DNA from: Berkelbacteria bacterium GW2011_GWA2_35_9 | Lineage (GTDB): Bacteria > Patescibacteriota > UBA1384 > GWA2-35-9 | NCBI GenBank assembly: GCA_000991185.1 | Contig: LBRB01000001.1 | Coordinates: 4,080 to 68,079 of the forward strand | Reading direction: 5' to 3' | Length of the DNA stretch: 64,000 nt | Shown: in pieces, positions 19,172-28,662 of the stretch | Numbering within the stretch: position 1 is the first letter of the stretch | Layout of the letters: each line of letters opens with the position of its first letter | Made by a program: the position numbers and the translations under genes | Notes under the pieces: model-generated | The model's database searches: none | Told to the model about the DNA's origin: nothing | What the model saw: the letters and a program-made list of their open reading frames with translations, nothing else

Positions 19172-21790
19172 TCATCCGCATTCCGAATGTCCGCAAGAGA
19201 GGCAGAGTTTACAACCTTCTATTCTTTGATACGTAGCTTGTCCACAAGATGGGCAGAGATCAGAGGAAGTTTTGCTTTGAGACAGTTTACCGGTCGAGAT
19301 TAAACTGGCTTGATGAGCGGTTGGATTGTCTGAGCCATTTGAGATATTGTAGTGACTTTCTAAGACTTGACTAATTGCATCCGGCAAGCTCATAACTCTA
19401 TTTTTTCCAAACCCAATACTATTCGATCCTCCAATACTGTGGAGTTGGTTTATGATATATCTAATCCTTTCGTCCCCAGTCACATTTGACGAAAGTCTTA
19501 AGAAAAGAGAAATCAACCTTCCCAATGCTTCTGCCATTGCCTTGATGTCACTCCCCGCTTTTCCAATTTCAACAAATACCTCAAACGGATTGCCTTTCTC
19601 ATCGTCATTCATTGTGACAAAGGCAGTGCCGGTGGGAGTTTTTTTACTGACAGTTGCCCCATGGAGTGTTTCTGGACGGGGGCGGATTGGTTTTTCATCA
19701 ACAGTAGTTTTTACTTCTTTATCGTCCTTTTTTAGCGACAAAATTTGTTCGTCTCGAGAGCCATCTCGATAAATTGTTCCACCCTTACAACCCAAATCGT
19801 AAAGTAATTCGTAAAGTTTTTTTGTATCTTCTAAGGTGTAATTATTCGGCGTATTGCAAGTTTTTGAAATACTTGAATCCACCCACTTTTGGATTGCCGC
19901 TTGAACCCTAACATGATCTTCTGGAGTCATGTCCATGGCGGTTGTAAAGTAATCAGGCAGTTTTTCGTCTTTATGGTTTCGTTTCCAATCTTCGTAAACT
20001 GCAACTTGTTCATCGTGGATTCCGAGTCGGCTTTTTCTTTGATAAACCCAGCTGTAAAACGGTTCGATGCCGGTTGATGTCCCAACCATAGTTCCGGTTG
20101 TACCGTTCGGAGCTTGGGTTAAAAGTGTAACATTTCGAATTCCATATTTAACCACCAAATCTCTAATTTCTTGAGGCATAGCTTTCATAAAACCACTCTC
20201 GATATGTTTTTCAGCGATAAACTGTGGAAAGGCGCCTTTCTCGATTGCCAAACCGATTGACGCTTTATAGACAATTGTCGTTAAAAACCGATAAAGTTTA
20301 TCGATAAAATCAAGCGATTCTTGGCTTCCGTAGCGGATTTTCTTTTTGATTAAGAGCTCGGCTAGCCCCATCGTATTTAATCCTACTCGGCGCTCGCCTT
20401 GTTGTTGGGTTTTGTTTTCATCCATAAAATATGGAGTGGCGTCAATAATATTATCTAAGAATCGGGTTGAGTATTGAGCCGCAATTTCGAGTCTTTTCCA
20501 ATCTACATCTTGAGTTTCTTTATTATAAAACTTGGCTAGATTGATAGCTCCTAAATTACACACACCAAAGCCGGGCAAACCTTGTTCTCCGCAAGGGTTA
20601 GTCCCGATGATGTTAGCAAAATAATATGAGTTACTCATCTTATTGGTTCTCTCGATGAAAAATAGACCCGGCTCAGCCGATGCCCAAGCTGAACCAATTA
20701 TTTTGTCCCACATTTCTCGAGCTTTGATAGTTTTGTAAATTTTGACTTTCCCACCATTCTTCTCCCACTCATCAATATCTCCATTCCATTCTTTGTTGTA
20801 TTTTTCTTCGCTGAAATCAGGAAATTTCAATTGCCAGTCACCGTCTTTTTTCAATTGATCCATGAATTTATCACTTACGGCAACGGAAATATTAGCATTG
20901 TTAATTTTCCCAGCGACTCGTTTGCTATCAATAAAATCATAAACATCTGGGTGCCAATCGTTGAGCATCAACATGAGAGCGCCTCGACGAGAACCACCTT
21001 GCTCAATCAGTCCAGTCGCAAAAGAGTACAATGCACCCCAAGAAACCGAACCAGACGATCTACCATTTACACCTTTGACATAAGCGTGTTTAGGTCGGAG
21101 GGTTGAGATATTTATTCCGACCCCCCCGCCTCGAGAAAATATTTCAGTCATAATTCCGAGAGTTTTAATTATCCCCTCTCTCGAATCTCGAGGAGATGGA
21201 ATTACATAACAGTTATAGTAAGTTAATTTTTGATTAGTTCCAGCAGCAGCCAAAATCCTTCCTGCTGGTACAAATTTCCAGTCGTCCAGTAGCCAACGGA
21301 ATTTCTTTTGCCAACTAACTTGCAGTTCTTTAGTTTTTTCTACTTTCGAAACCCCTTGTGAAATTCGATCCAACATTTGATCAGGAATTGTTTCGCTTGG
21401 TATGTCGATATCAGTAATCTCACTTTCCACCATCGTTCCGTCGTAAAGTTTAATTGAAACTTTACTATTAGTTAAGAATTTTTCAATATGTCCAATTTCT
21501 TTTTGTCTGGTATTGATATCAACACAGACGATTGCCTTATCTCCAACATTCAAATTGGTTTTAGATGCGTCTTTGAGAGCGTAACGGTCCAAAAATATTT
21601 TCTCTCCCAGTTCGCCTAGTTCAGTTGATCCAATAATATCTAATTTAAAATCTGGTTTACGATTTAAATTAAGATGAGGGTCGATTTGAGGTGCAGGATT
21701 TTGCTTTATGGTAGTTGGTTTATTATTAAAACCTTTATTGTTTTTCGACACTATTTCGATAGGCTTTAAGCCAAAATCGCTATTATTCAT
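19172..21790 (-). CDS. nrdJ: Class II (adenosylcobalamin-dependent) ribonucleotide reductase with TSCPD domain and C-terminal Zn ribbon
   Basis: PAGRIL, NCYV, QGGSRRGA, TNPCGEQ, VCNLG, DSSISKT, YRDGSR, terminal CPSC..CLSCGHSECG; no nrdB adjacent. Confidence 0.92.
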   Translation of the reverse strand: MNNSDFGLKPIEIVSKNNKGFNNKPTTIKQNPAPQIDPHLNLNRKPDFKLDIIGSTELGELGEKIFLDRYALKDASKTNLNVGDKAIVCVDINTRQKEIGHIEKFLTNSKVSIKLYDGTMVESEITDIDIPSETIPDQMLDRISQGVSKVEKTKELQVSWQKKFRWLLDDWKFVPAGRILAAAGTNQKLTYYNCYVIPSPRDSREGIIKTLGIMTEIFSRGGGVGINISTLRPKHAYVKGVNGRSSGSVSWGALYSFATGLIEQGGSRRGALMLMLNDWHPDVYDFIDSKRVAGKINNANISVAVSDKFMDQLKKDGDWQLKFPDFSEEKYNKEWNGDIDEWEKNGGKVKIYKTIKAREMWDKIIGSAWASAEPGLFFIERTNKMSNSYYFANIIGTNPCGEQGLPGFGVCNLGAINLAKFYNKETQDVDWKRLEIAAQYSTRFLDNIIDATPYFMDENKTQQQGERRVGLNTMGLAELLIKKKIRYGSQESLDFIDKLYRFLTTIVYKASIGLAIEKGAFPQFIAEKHIESGFMKAMPQEIRDLVVKYGIRNVTLLTQAPNGTTGTMVGTSTGIEPFYSWVYQRKSRLGIHDEQVAVYEDWKRNHKDEKLPDYFTTAMDMTPEDHVRVQAAIQKWVDSSISKTCNTPNNYTLEDTKKLYELLYDLGCKGGTIYRDGSRDEQILSLKKDDKEVKTTVDEKPIRPRPETLHGATVSKKTPTGTAFVTMNDDEKGNPFEVFVEIGKAGSDIKAMAEALGRLISLFLRLSSNVTGDERIRYIINQLHSIGGSNSIGFGKNRVMSLPDAISQVLESHYNISNGSDNPTAHQASLISTGKLSQSKTSSDLCPSCGQATYQRIEGCKLCLSCGHSECG

Positions 21791-21822
21791 ACTACCCTCC
21801 TTTTTTATTATTTTTTAGTGTA

Positions 21823-21857
21823 TTACTATTTGTAGTACGAAAAAAAATGGCTGTCAA
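21823..21857 (-). promoter_or_regulatory. nrdJ promoter with overlapping NrdR-box-like palindrome
   Basis: TTGACA (21857-52) N17 TACAAA; ttaCTAtTTgTaGtac resembles the NrdR box acaCwAtATaTwGtgt and overlaps the -10. Confidence 0.4.
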
Positions 21858-21910
21858 GTCCTACTCAGTAGACACAAAATTAGTTCTTAATTAGTTCGTA
21901 ATTATCGAGA

Positions 21911-23014
21911 TTATTTCAACTTTCGTCTAATAAATGCTGGTACTTCCATATCATCTTCTTCGGTTTCATCTTCTTCCAGCATAGGTGTATTTTGGATAAA
22001 TGGTTCGCTTTCCTCAATTTTAATACTTGGTTGGTAAACTTTTGGTTTTAGTTTAATATCATCTCCATAATCAAATCCAGTTGCAATAACGGTAATTTTT
22101 ATTTCACCCGACATTGATTCATCAACAATTGCACCGAATATTATAGTTGCATCTTGATCGGCTGCTTCAGTAATCATTTTAGCCGCTTCGTCAATTTCAT
22201 ACATTGCCATATCTGGTCCACCAGTTATGTTAAAGAGAATACCCTTGGCACCTTCAATTGATAAATCTAAAAGCGGAGATTCAATGGCAGCTTTAGCTGC
22301 TTCAGCACTACGATTATCGCCAGACGATCTGCCAATCCCCATCAAAGCCGAACCAGCATCTTTCATGATTGTTTTAACATCAGCAAAGTCGACATTAATT
22401 ATTCCGTGTACAGTAATTAAATCAGTTATTCCTTGAACACCTTGTCGAAGAACATCATCAACGACCAAAAAAGCATCTCTCAAAGAGGTTTTTTTATCAA
22501 TAACTTGAAGTAATCGATCGTTCGGAATTGTAATTAAGGTATCAACCTTATCCTTTAGTTCCTCAATACCCAATTCGGCAACTTTTTTTCTTTTCAGTCC
22601 TTCGAATGAAAAAGGCTTGGTGACAACGGCAACTGTCAACGAACCCAGCTCTCGTGCGATCTGAGCGACTTGCGAAGACGCTCCTGTTCCGGTTCCGCCA
22701 CCCATTCCACAAGTAACAAAAACCATATCAGAACCTTTTAATGCCTCATACACTTCATCCTTATTCTCTTCAATTGCTTTTTTTCCAATGTCCAAATCAG
22801 CTCCAGCTCCTAATCCACGAGTCAATTCTTTACCAATTTGAATTTTTGTTGGAGAACTATTGTTTGCCAAAGTTTGCGCATCGGTATTGATGGCAATGAA
22901 CTCAACTCCTCGAAGTTTTGATTGAATCATTCTTTCGATTGAGTTGTTTCCTGACCCGCCGACTCCGACAACCCGGATGACGGCAAATGTTTCTAATGGG
23001 GATTCATTTATCAT
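21911..23014 (-). CDS. ftsZ: Cell division protein FtsZ
   Basis: GMGGGTGTG tubulin signature, NVDFAD, C-terminal VPAFIRR. Confidence 0.99.
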   Translation of the reverse strand: MINESPLETFAVIRVVGVGGSGNNSIERMIQSKLRGVEFIAINTDAQTLANNSSPTKIQIGKELTRGLGAGADLDIGKKAIEENKDEVYEALKGSDMVFVTCGMGGGTGTGASSQVAQIARELGSLTVAVVTKPFSFEGLKRKKVAELGIEELKDKVDTLITIPNDRLLQVIDKKTSLRDAFLVVDDVLRQGVQGITDLITVHGIINVDFADVKTIMKDAGSALMGIGRSSGDNRSAEAAKAAIESPLLDLSIEGAKGILFNITGGPDMAMYEIDEAAKMITEAADQDATIIFGAIVDESMSGEIKITVIATGFDYGDDIKLKPKVYQPSIKIEESEPFIQNTPMLEEDETEEDDMEVPAFIRRKLK

Positions 23015-23125
23015 AATAACCTCTCCTTAACTATCTCCCCTCCCTTTTATTCTTTAAAATGATTATTAAACAAAAAAATATATTTGTCAAATCTGAATAA
23101 ATAATATTGCTATATTTTTATAAAA

Positions 23126-24364
23126 TTAAGGTAAAAATTTCTGTAGCCAACCTTTAGCGGTAGACAAGATATCGGTGACATTACCCTTGGGCAAACTGAA
23201 TGAAAATCCTCCATTACCAAGTTGGTCATAACCATCAAGCATTAAACCTAAAGCGGTTGAATAATCTGGGTCATCCAGATTATTGACGGAACCAGAAATT
23301 TCCAAATTAGGTTTACCAATTTGAGCCGGTAGTTGGAGTTCGTGTTTAGCTAATTCGATAATACCATCCAAATTAGCGCCACCTCCAGTGAAAACAATTC
23401 CGGCTGGAAGTAATCCATCTTTATTAATATTTCTTAATTCTTTGATAATTATTTCAAATATTTCTTTTACTCGTGCTTCAATAATTTCACTTAAAAATTT
23501 TCTATCATAAACATTATCATCATCAGGATCAAATTTATTCATATGAATTTTTTCTGTTGATTTGACTTTTTCTACATCAGCAGTTCCATATTTAATTTTG
23601 ATTTGTTCAGCATTTTCTAATGAAGTTTTTAAACCCCTTGCAATATCGTTAGTGATACTGACTGAGCCAAGAGGAATAATAGCTGAGTGGACCATATCTT
23701 TTTCTTCATAAACAGCGATAGAGGTTGTTCCTCCACCCAGATCAACTAATATAACACCCGTTTCTTTCTGTTTTTTATCTAATAAAGCATGACCAGTCGC
23801 AAGGGGTGAAAAAAGCAAACCGTCAAGAGTAATTCCAGCTTGTGAAACTGAACGAGTTAAATTTCTAATTGAGTTTGAACTACCAGCGACAATTAAACTT
23901 TCAACTTCTAATCTAACACCGGTTAAACCAATTGGATCTTTAGTTTCTTCTTGACCATCAATTATAAAATATTTTGGAATAACATGGATAATTTCTTTAT
24001 TAGCTGGTAAAGCAATTACTCTTGAGGTTTCAATCACACGGTCAATATCTACTTGAGTTATCTCTCCGTTTGGTTTAGAAACAGCGACCGTTCCCCTCGA
24101 TACAAGAGTTGAAATATGAGCTCCCCCAATACCTACAAAAGCATTAGAAATTTGGGTTTGACATTCTTGCTCAGCTAATTGAAGCACACTAGAAATAGCG
24201 GATACAGTATCGTCCAAGTCAATAATCTCGCCCTTTCTCATACCCGAGTTGATGGTCTTAACTAATGAGGTTACAGTAAGAATTCCTTCTCTTACTTCTC
24301 CAACACAGACGGCGATTTTAGTCGTTCCGATATCAATACCTACAATTGGATTACTTTTATTCAT
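23126..24364 (-). CDS. ftsA: Cell division protein FtsA
   Basis: GIDIGTTKI, VDLGGGTT, TGGGA; directly upstream of ftsZ. Confidence 0.97.
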   Translation of the reverse strand: MNKSNPIVGIDIGTTKIAVCVGEVREGILTVTSLVKTINSGMRKGEIIDLDDTVSAISSVLQLAEQECQTQISNAFVGIGGAHISTLVSRGTVAVSKPNGEITQVDIDRVIETSRVIALPANKEIIHVIPKYFIIDGQEETKDPIGLTGVRLEVESLIVAGSSNSIRNLTRSVSQAGITLDGLLFSPLATGHALLDKKQKETGVILVDLGGGTTSIAVYEEKDMVHSAIIPLGSVSITNDIARGLKTSLENAEQIKIKYGTADVEKVKSTEKIHMNKFDPDDDNVYDRKFLSEIIEARVKEIFEIIIKELRNINKDGLLPAGIVFTGGGANLDGIIELAKHELQLPAQIGKPNLEISGSVNNLDDPDYSTALGLMLDGYDQLGNGGFSFSLPKGNVTDILSTAKGWLQKFLP

Positions 24365-24402
24365 TGATTATAAATACACAAAAATTTTAGTTTTATTAAA
24401 AC

Positions 24403-24411
24403 TGTGGATAA
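24403..24411 (-). promoter_or_regulatory. DnaA box upstream of ftsA
   Basis: tgtggataa, a perfect 9-mer about 40 bp upstream of the ftsA start. Confidence 0.35.
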
Positions 24412-24601
24412 TTAAATTGTCATTTAAAATTATATCACAGATATAATTATCTTCCATACGATTATGATTCGTAAAATAAATTTCTACTCTAAATAATGTG
24501 TTACTATTAGTAATATAAAATAAATCAAAGAAAAATTTATAATAAAACAAATATAAAGTAAATAACATCAATAATTACTGATGCTATAAGAAAGGAGATA
24601 A

Positions 24602-25678
24602 ATGTCAATTGACAAAGAAGGTATGGTTAGTAGTATAAAGAAGTTAGACACTCAGAATATGATCTCTTCTATTGAAGAAATGCCTTTACAGGTACAAGAA
24701 GCATGGGGGCAAGCCCAAAATATTAAACTTGATTACAGAGCAAAAAATATTAAAAATATATTAGTCGCTGGTATGGGTGGGTCAGCACTTGGGGCTAGAA
24801 TTATCAAGGCACTATTTCAAAAAGAACTTAAGGTCCCAATTGATATATATAATGATTATTCGATCCCGGCTTTTGTTAACAAAGACACACTATTTATTGC
24901 TTCGAGTTACTCAGGGGACACTGAAGAAACACTTGACGCATTAGAAAAGGCTATAATTAAAACCAAGATGATTATCTCAATTGGATCAGGCGGAAAACTA
25001 ATAGAAAGATCAAAAGAACTTAATATTCCCTTCTACCACATAAAACCAAGCCATAACCCATGCAATCAACCAAGAATGGCAGTTGCTTACTCTATAATTG
25101 GGCAACTAGCTTTTTTTGATAAAATTGGTCTAATTAGCCTAAGTAATGATTGGAACAATAATATTATTAAGTTATTAGAGAGTAATAATAATAATTATTC
25201 ACTAAAAATTAATCCCAATCATAACTTAACTCAAGAACTTGCGGCTAAGATATACGGAAAAATACCTGTCATTGTATCGTCGGAGCATCTTGTTGGAGCA
25301 ATATACACATCACGCAATCAATTCAATGAGAACAGTAAAAATTATGCTGATTACCACATCATCCCTGAGCTTAATCACCACATACTTGAAAGTTTAAGCT
25401 TCCCGAAATCCAACTCCAAAAACTTAGTTATAGTTATTATTAACTCTAAGTTTTTTGATAAAAGGAACCAAAAAAGATTAAAAATTACCAGTGAAATTGC
25501 AATAAAAAATAAGATTGAAGTTGAGTACGTTAATCTTTTTGGTGAGACAAAGGTCGAGGAAGTGTTTGAATCAATTCACTTTTTTGCATATGTGATATAT
25601 TACCTTGCTATGTTAAACGGCTGTGATCCATCTTTTATTCCGTGGGTAGATCTATTTAAGAAAAAAATGAAAAAATAA
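24602..25678 (+). CDS. Bifunctional phosphoglucose/phosphomannose isomerase (SIS), copy 1
   Basis: GMGGSA, SYSGDTEET, QPR, QFNENSK, PELNHH. Confidence 0.9.
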   Translation: MSIDKEGMVSSIKKLDTQNMISSIEEMPLQVQEAWGQAQNIKLDYRAKNIKNILVAGMGGSALGARIIKALFQKELKVPIDIYNDYSIPAFVNKDTLFIASSYSGDTEETLDALEKAIIKTKMIISIGSGGKLIERSKELNIPFYHIKPSHNPCNQPRMAVAYSIIGQLAFFDKIGLISLSNDWNNNIIKLLESNNNNYSLKINPNHNLTQELAAKIYGKIPVIVSSEHLVGAIYTSRNQFNENSKNYADYHIIPELNHHILESLSFPKSNSKNLVIVIINSKFFDKRNQKRLKITSEIAIKNKIEVEYVNLFGETKVEEVFESIHFFAYVIYYLAMLNGCDPSFIPWVDLFKKKMKK

Positions 25679-25707
25679 TAAAAACAAAAGCAGATAGAAT
25701 AAATATT

Positions 25708-26790
25708 ATGAAAAACAATCATTACATATTAATTGTAGCGGGCGGGACCGGAACACGGCTTTATCCGAGATCTCGTGAAGCTAAACCAAAACAATTTCAA
25801 AAAATATTTGGCAACAAAACACTTTTAGAACAGACTTATTTACGCTCAAAGAAAATAGTTGGAAAAAATAATATTTTTATTTCGACCAATGAAAAATATG
25901 TTAATATTACAAAAAAATTTCTTCCTGAGATTAATTCAAAACAAATTATATCTGAACCGTGCAAAAAAAATACGGCTCCAGCTATATCGTTAGCGGTTGC
26001 AAAAATTTATCAATCGGATCCAAGCGCAATTATTGCGAGTATACATTCTGATCATATTGTATTAAAGGAAGATGCTTTCAAAGATGTTATTAATCTAGCC
26101 TTTGATTCGATTGAGATTGAAAAGGATATTATTTTTACTATTGGGATCAAACCAACCCATGCTCATACTGGTTATGGATATATCGAAAAAGGAAAACTGA
26201 AGAAAGAAATTGATAATTTTAAAATTTTTTGGGCAGAAAAATTTGTTGAAAAACCCAACCATCAAACCGCAGAGAAGTATTTTAAAACCGGAAGATTTGA
26301 TTGGAACGCTGGTTATTTTATTTTTGATGCCAAACATTATTTGGATGAATTAAAAAAATACGCACTAAAATTATCCAAAGGAATTAATAAAATAGTCAAA
26401 GACAAAAATAATTTAAAAACAATTTACGAGAAGTTTGAAAGCGAGCCAGTTGATACGGTTATTATGGAAAGAACCGATAAAATTGCAGTTATCCCAGTTG
26501 ATCTTGGCTGGTCCGATGTTGGTAGTTGGGATAGCGTTTCTCAACTTTTTGAAAATGATACCGATGATGGCGATGGTAATTATTTTGAAGGATTGGTTTC
26601 GTTAGTTGATACAAAAAATTCAATGGTGCTTAATGAAAGTGGTAATAAATTGATTGCTACAATTGGTCTTGAAGATATTATTGTTGTCAGTAGTGAAGAT
26701 GCTATTTTAATTGTTAAAAAAGGTAAAAGTGAAGAAGTTAAACAGATCGTTGAAGAACTCAAAGAAAAAAGAAAACATCATTTGGTCTAA
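25708..26790 (+). CDS. manC: Mannose-1-phosphate guanylyltransferase
   Basis: AGGTGTRLYPRSR..PKQF, KNTAPA, FVEKP, WNAG, GWSDVGSW. Confidence 0.93.
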   Translation: MKNNHYILIVAGGTGTRLYPRSREAKPKQFQKIFGNKTLLEQTYLRSKKIVGKNNIFISTNEKYVNITKKFLPEINSKQIISEPCKKNTAPAISLAVAKIYQSDPSAIIASIHSDHIVLKEDAFKDVINLAFDSIEIEKDIIFTIGIKPTHAHTGYGYIEKGKLKKEIDNFKIFWAEKFVEKPNHQTAEKYFKTGRFDWNAGYFIFDAKHYLDELKKYALKLSKGINKIVKDKNNLKTIYEKFESEPVDTVIMERTDKIAVIPVDLGWSDVGSWDSVSQLFENDTDDGDGNYFEGLVSLVDTKNSMVLNESGNKLIATIGLEDIIVVSSEDAILIVKKGKSEEVKQIVEELKEKRKHHLV

Positions 26791-26797
26791 TTTTTAT

Positions 26798-27100
26798 GCT
26801 CATCGCTTCGTTGATATGGTAATCCGGGAATATTTAGACAAATAAATCTTGTTGATTATGTACCATATCACTATTTTAGCAATATTAGCAGAATTGTTAT
26901 GTTGGTGTCATATTGAATTTGAGAGCTATAACAGAGGTAACAAACAAAAAAATTGTTCGGCTACTTGTTTGATTTGTGATCCAAGTGCTGGTAAGAATGG
27001 AAAATAGTACTAAATTAACGATCGTTAAACTAGTACTATTTATTATTAGACAAAATACAGTAGAAATGATGAGTTGACGATGTGGTCAGTCAGGACGGGA
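26798..27100 (+). ncRNA. Candidate structured ncRNA or RNA relic
   Basis: Enclosing helix 26798-809/27063-074, 10-bp helix 26812-21/26861-70, palindrome 27002-41; no long ORF. Confidence 0.3.
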
Positions 27101-27101
27101 G

Positions 27102-27130
27102 TTGACATTTGTGTTAGTTTGTGATATCAT
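27102..27130 (+). promoter_or_regulatory. Sigma70 promoter of the RRM gene, giving a ~100-nt 5' UTR
   Basis: TTGACA-N17-TATCAT. Confidence 0.65.
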
Positions 27131-27234
27131 TACAAGTAAAGTAAGTTTTCATAGCGTTTATGTTCTCAAGCTTTATGCGTAGGGACAAGCTAGTTTGAAA
27201 AGGTCGCCTTACGTAATAAAAAAGGAAAAAAAAT

Positions 27235-27525
27235 ATGATTAAGTTATATGTAGGAAATCTTCCATATACCATCAACGACGAAGGCTTGAAGTCTTTATTC
27301 GCTGAAGCTGGAACTATTTCTGAAGCTGTTATTATTAATGACAGAGATTCAGGACGTTCAAAAGGTTTTGGATTCGTTACCTTCGAGAACGATGAAGAAG
27401 GTAAGAAAGCAATTGAAGCTTTCAACGAAAAAGATTTAGAAGGAAGAAAAATAGTTGTTAATGAAGCTCGACCAAGAGAAGAAAGACCACAACGTGATTT
27501 CGGTCACGGTGGTTACAATAGATAA
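27235..27525 (+). CDS. RRM-domain RNA-binding protein
   Basis: RNP2 LYVGNL, RNP1 KGFGFVTF, VNEARPR, Gly-rich tail. Confidence 0.95.
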   Translation: MIKLYVGNLPYTINDEGLKSLFAEAGTISEAVIINDRDSGRSKGFGFVTFENDEEGKKAIEAFNEKDLEGRKIVVNEARPREERPQRDFGHGGYNR

Positions 27526-27547
27526 GCTATCTATTTATTAACAAAAA

Positions 27548-27575
27548 CAAAAAATGCGCTTCAGCGCATTTTTTG
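27548..27575 (+). terminator. Bidirectional Rho-independent terminator
   Basis: caaaaaatgcgct-tc-agcgcattttttg. Confidence 0.8.
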
Positions 27576-27585
27576 ATACACATAC

Positions 27586-27628
27586 AACCAACTTTTCCGC
27601 AACCTCCGGGGTTGCGGAAAAGTTGGTT
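27586..27628. repeat. Perfect 19-bp inverted repeat (REP-like)
   Basis: aaccaacttttccgcaacc-tccgg-ggttgcggaaaagttggtt. Confidence 0.8.
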
Positions 27629-27636
27629 AAGGGGTT

Positions 27637-28029
27637 TTAGAGGGAGGTTTGACCATCAAAATGTTCTTCGCCACTTTCGGCGATTTCTTTAGTTTTGTGG
27701 ACAGTTCCATCTTTGTGGTTGGGAGGTGAATAAACAGTGTAGAGTTTCATTTCATCGGTTCCGGTATTGATGATATTATGTTCAACTCCAGACGGAACAA
27801 CTACTGCAAAACCATCGCTGATCTCTGTTTCTTTACCATCCAGGACAGTTTTTCCGGTTCCTTTATCAACTCGGATAAATTGATCTAATTGATGAACTTC
27901 ACTGCCAATATCCTCCCCCGCTTTTAAGCTCATCACAACCAACTGACTGTGTTTAGCCGTAAACAACACTTTTTGAAAATTATTATTCTCAAGTGTCTCT
28001 TTCTCAATATTTCCAATATATGTGTTCAT
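27637..28029 (-). CDS. Cupin-domain protein
   Basis: QLVVMSL..GEDIGSEVH..DQFIRV..G.G, VPSGVEHNIIN, KLYTVYSPPNH. Confidence 0.9.
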   Translation of the reverse strand: MNTYIGNIEKETLENNNFQKVLFTAKHSQLVVMSLKAGEDIGSEVHQLDQFIRVDKGTGKTVLDGKETEISDGFAVVVPSGVEHNIINTGTDEMKLYTVYSPPNHKDGTVHKTKEIAESGEEHFDGQTSL

Positions 28030-28049
28030 AAAACCTCCAAATTAATTAT

Positions 28050-28553
28050 TTAGATATCTGAATAATTTTTTCTAACACAACTCCAGCCTCCGTCCTTATA
28101 GCAATTCAAATCGTTATTAGTTTTATTTTCATATTTAAACAAAACTCGATATCCCTGTGAATTGGGTGAATATGGAGTTTGCGGACGATATTGATATCCG
28201 CAATCAGTGTTTAATGGGTTCGAGATAGTCGTTGAAAGATAGCCCGCAGCTACAAGTGGTTGAAGAAAAGTATTGGAAGTTTTCTTATTCCCATGAAATC
28301 CAGTACAATTATCTAATCCGGGGCCTGTTATTGTTGGATAGTAGCCATTATCATTATAATACATCTCAAGTGCAATCGATATTGCTGACATATCAGAATC
28401 AATCTTTGCATTCCTCGCTTTGGCTTGTGCGTTGTCGACACTAACTGTTACAACACCGGCAAGAATACCAATAATCGCAATTACAACTAGCAATTCGATA
28501 AGAGTAAATCCCTTCGAACCTCTAAAAATAAGCCCTTTTTTATTTATTTTCAT
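28050..28553 (-). CDS. Type IV pilin / GspG-like prepilin
   Basis: KGFTLIELLVVIAIIGILA N-methylation motif; ALEMYYNDNGYYP; Cys pairs. Confidence 0.92.
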   Translation of the reverse strand: MKINKKGLIFRGSKGFTLIELLVVIAIIGILAGVVTVSVDNAQAKARNAKIDSDMSAISIALEMYYNDNGYYPTITGPGLDNCTGFHGNKKTSNTFLQPLVAAGYLSTTISNPLNTDCGYQYRPQTPYSPNSQGYRVLFKYENKTNNDLNCYKDGGWSCVRKNYSDI

Positions 28554-28662
28554 AATCCTCCTAATAATAATATTTAATATTTATTATTAGTATTATATCA
28601 TATAATTTCTTGGCAACAAAAAATTTGCCTTACTCCTTAACTTTTGATATATTAATATTATT

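Noticed and set aside
19172-21790. Intein or intron in nrdJ
   Set aside because: The catalytic motifs are contiguous; no intein terminal motifs or homing endonuclease insert were seen
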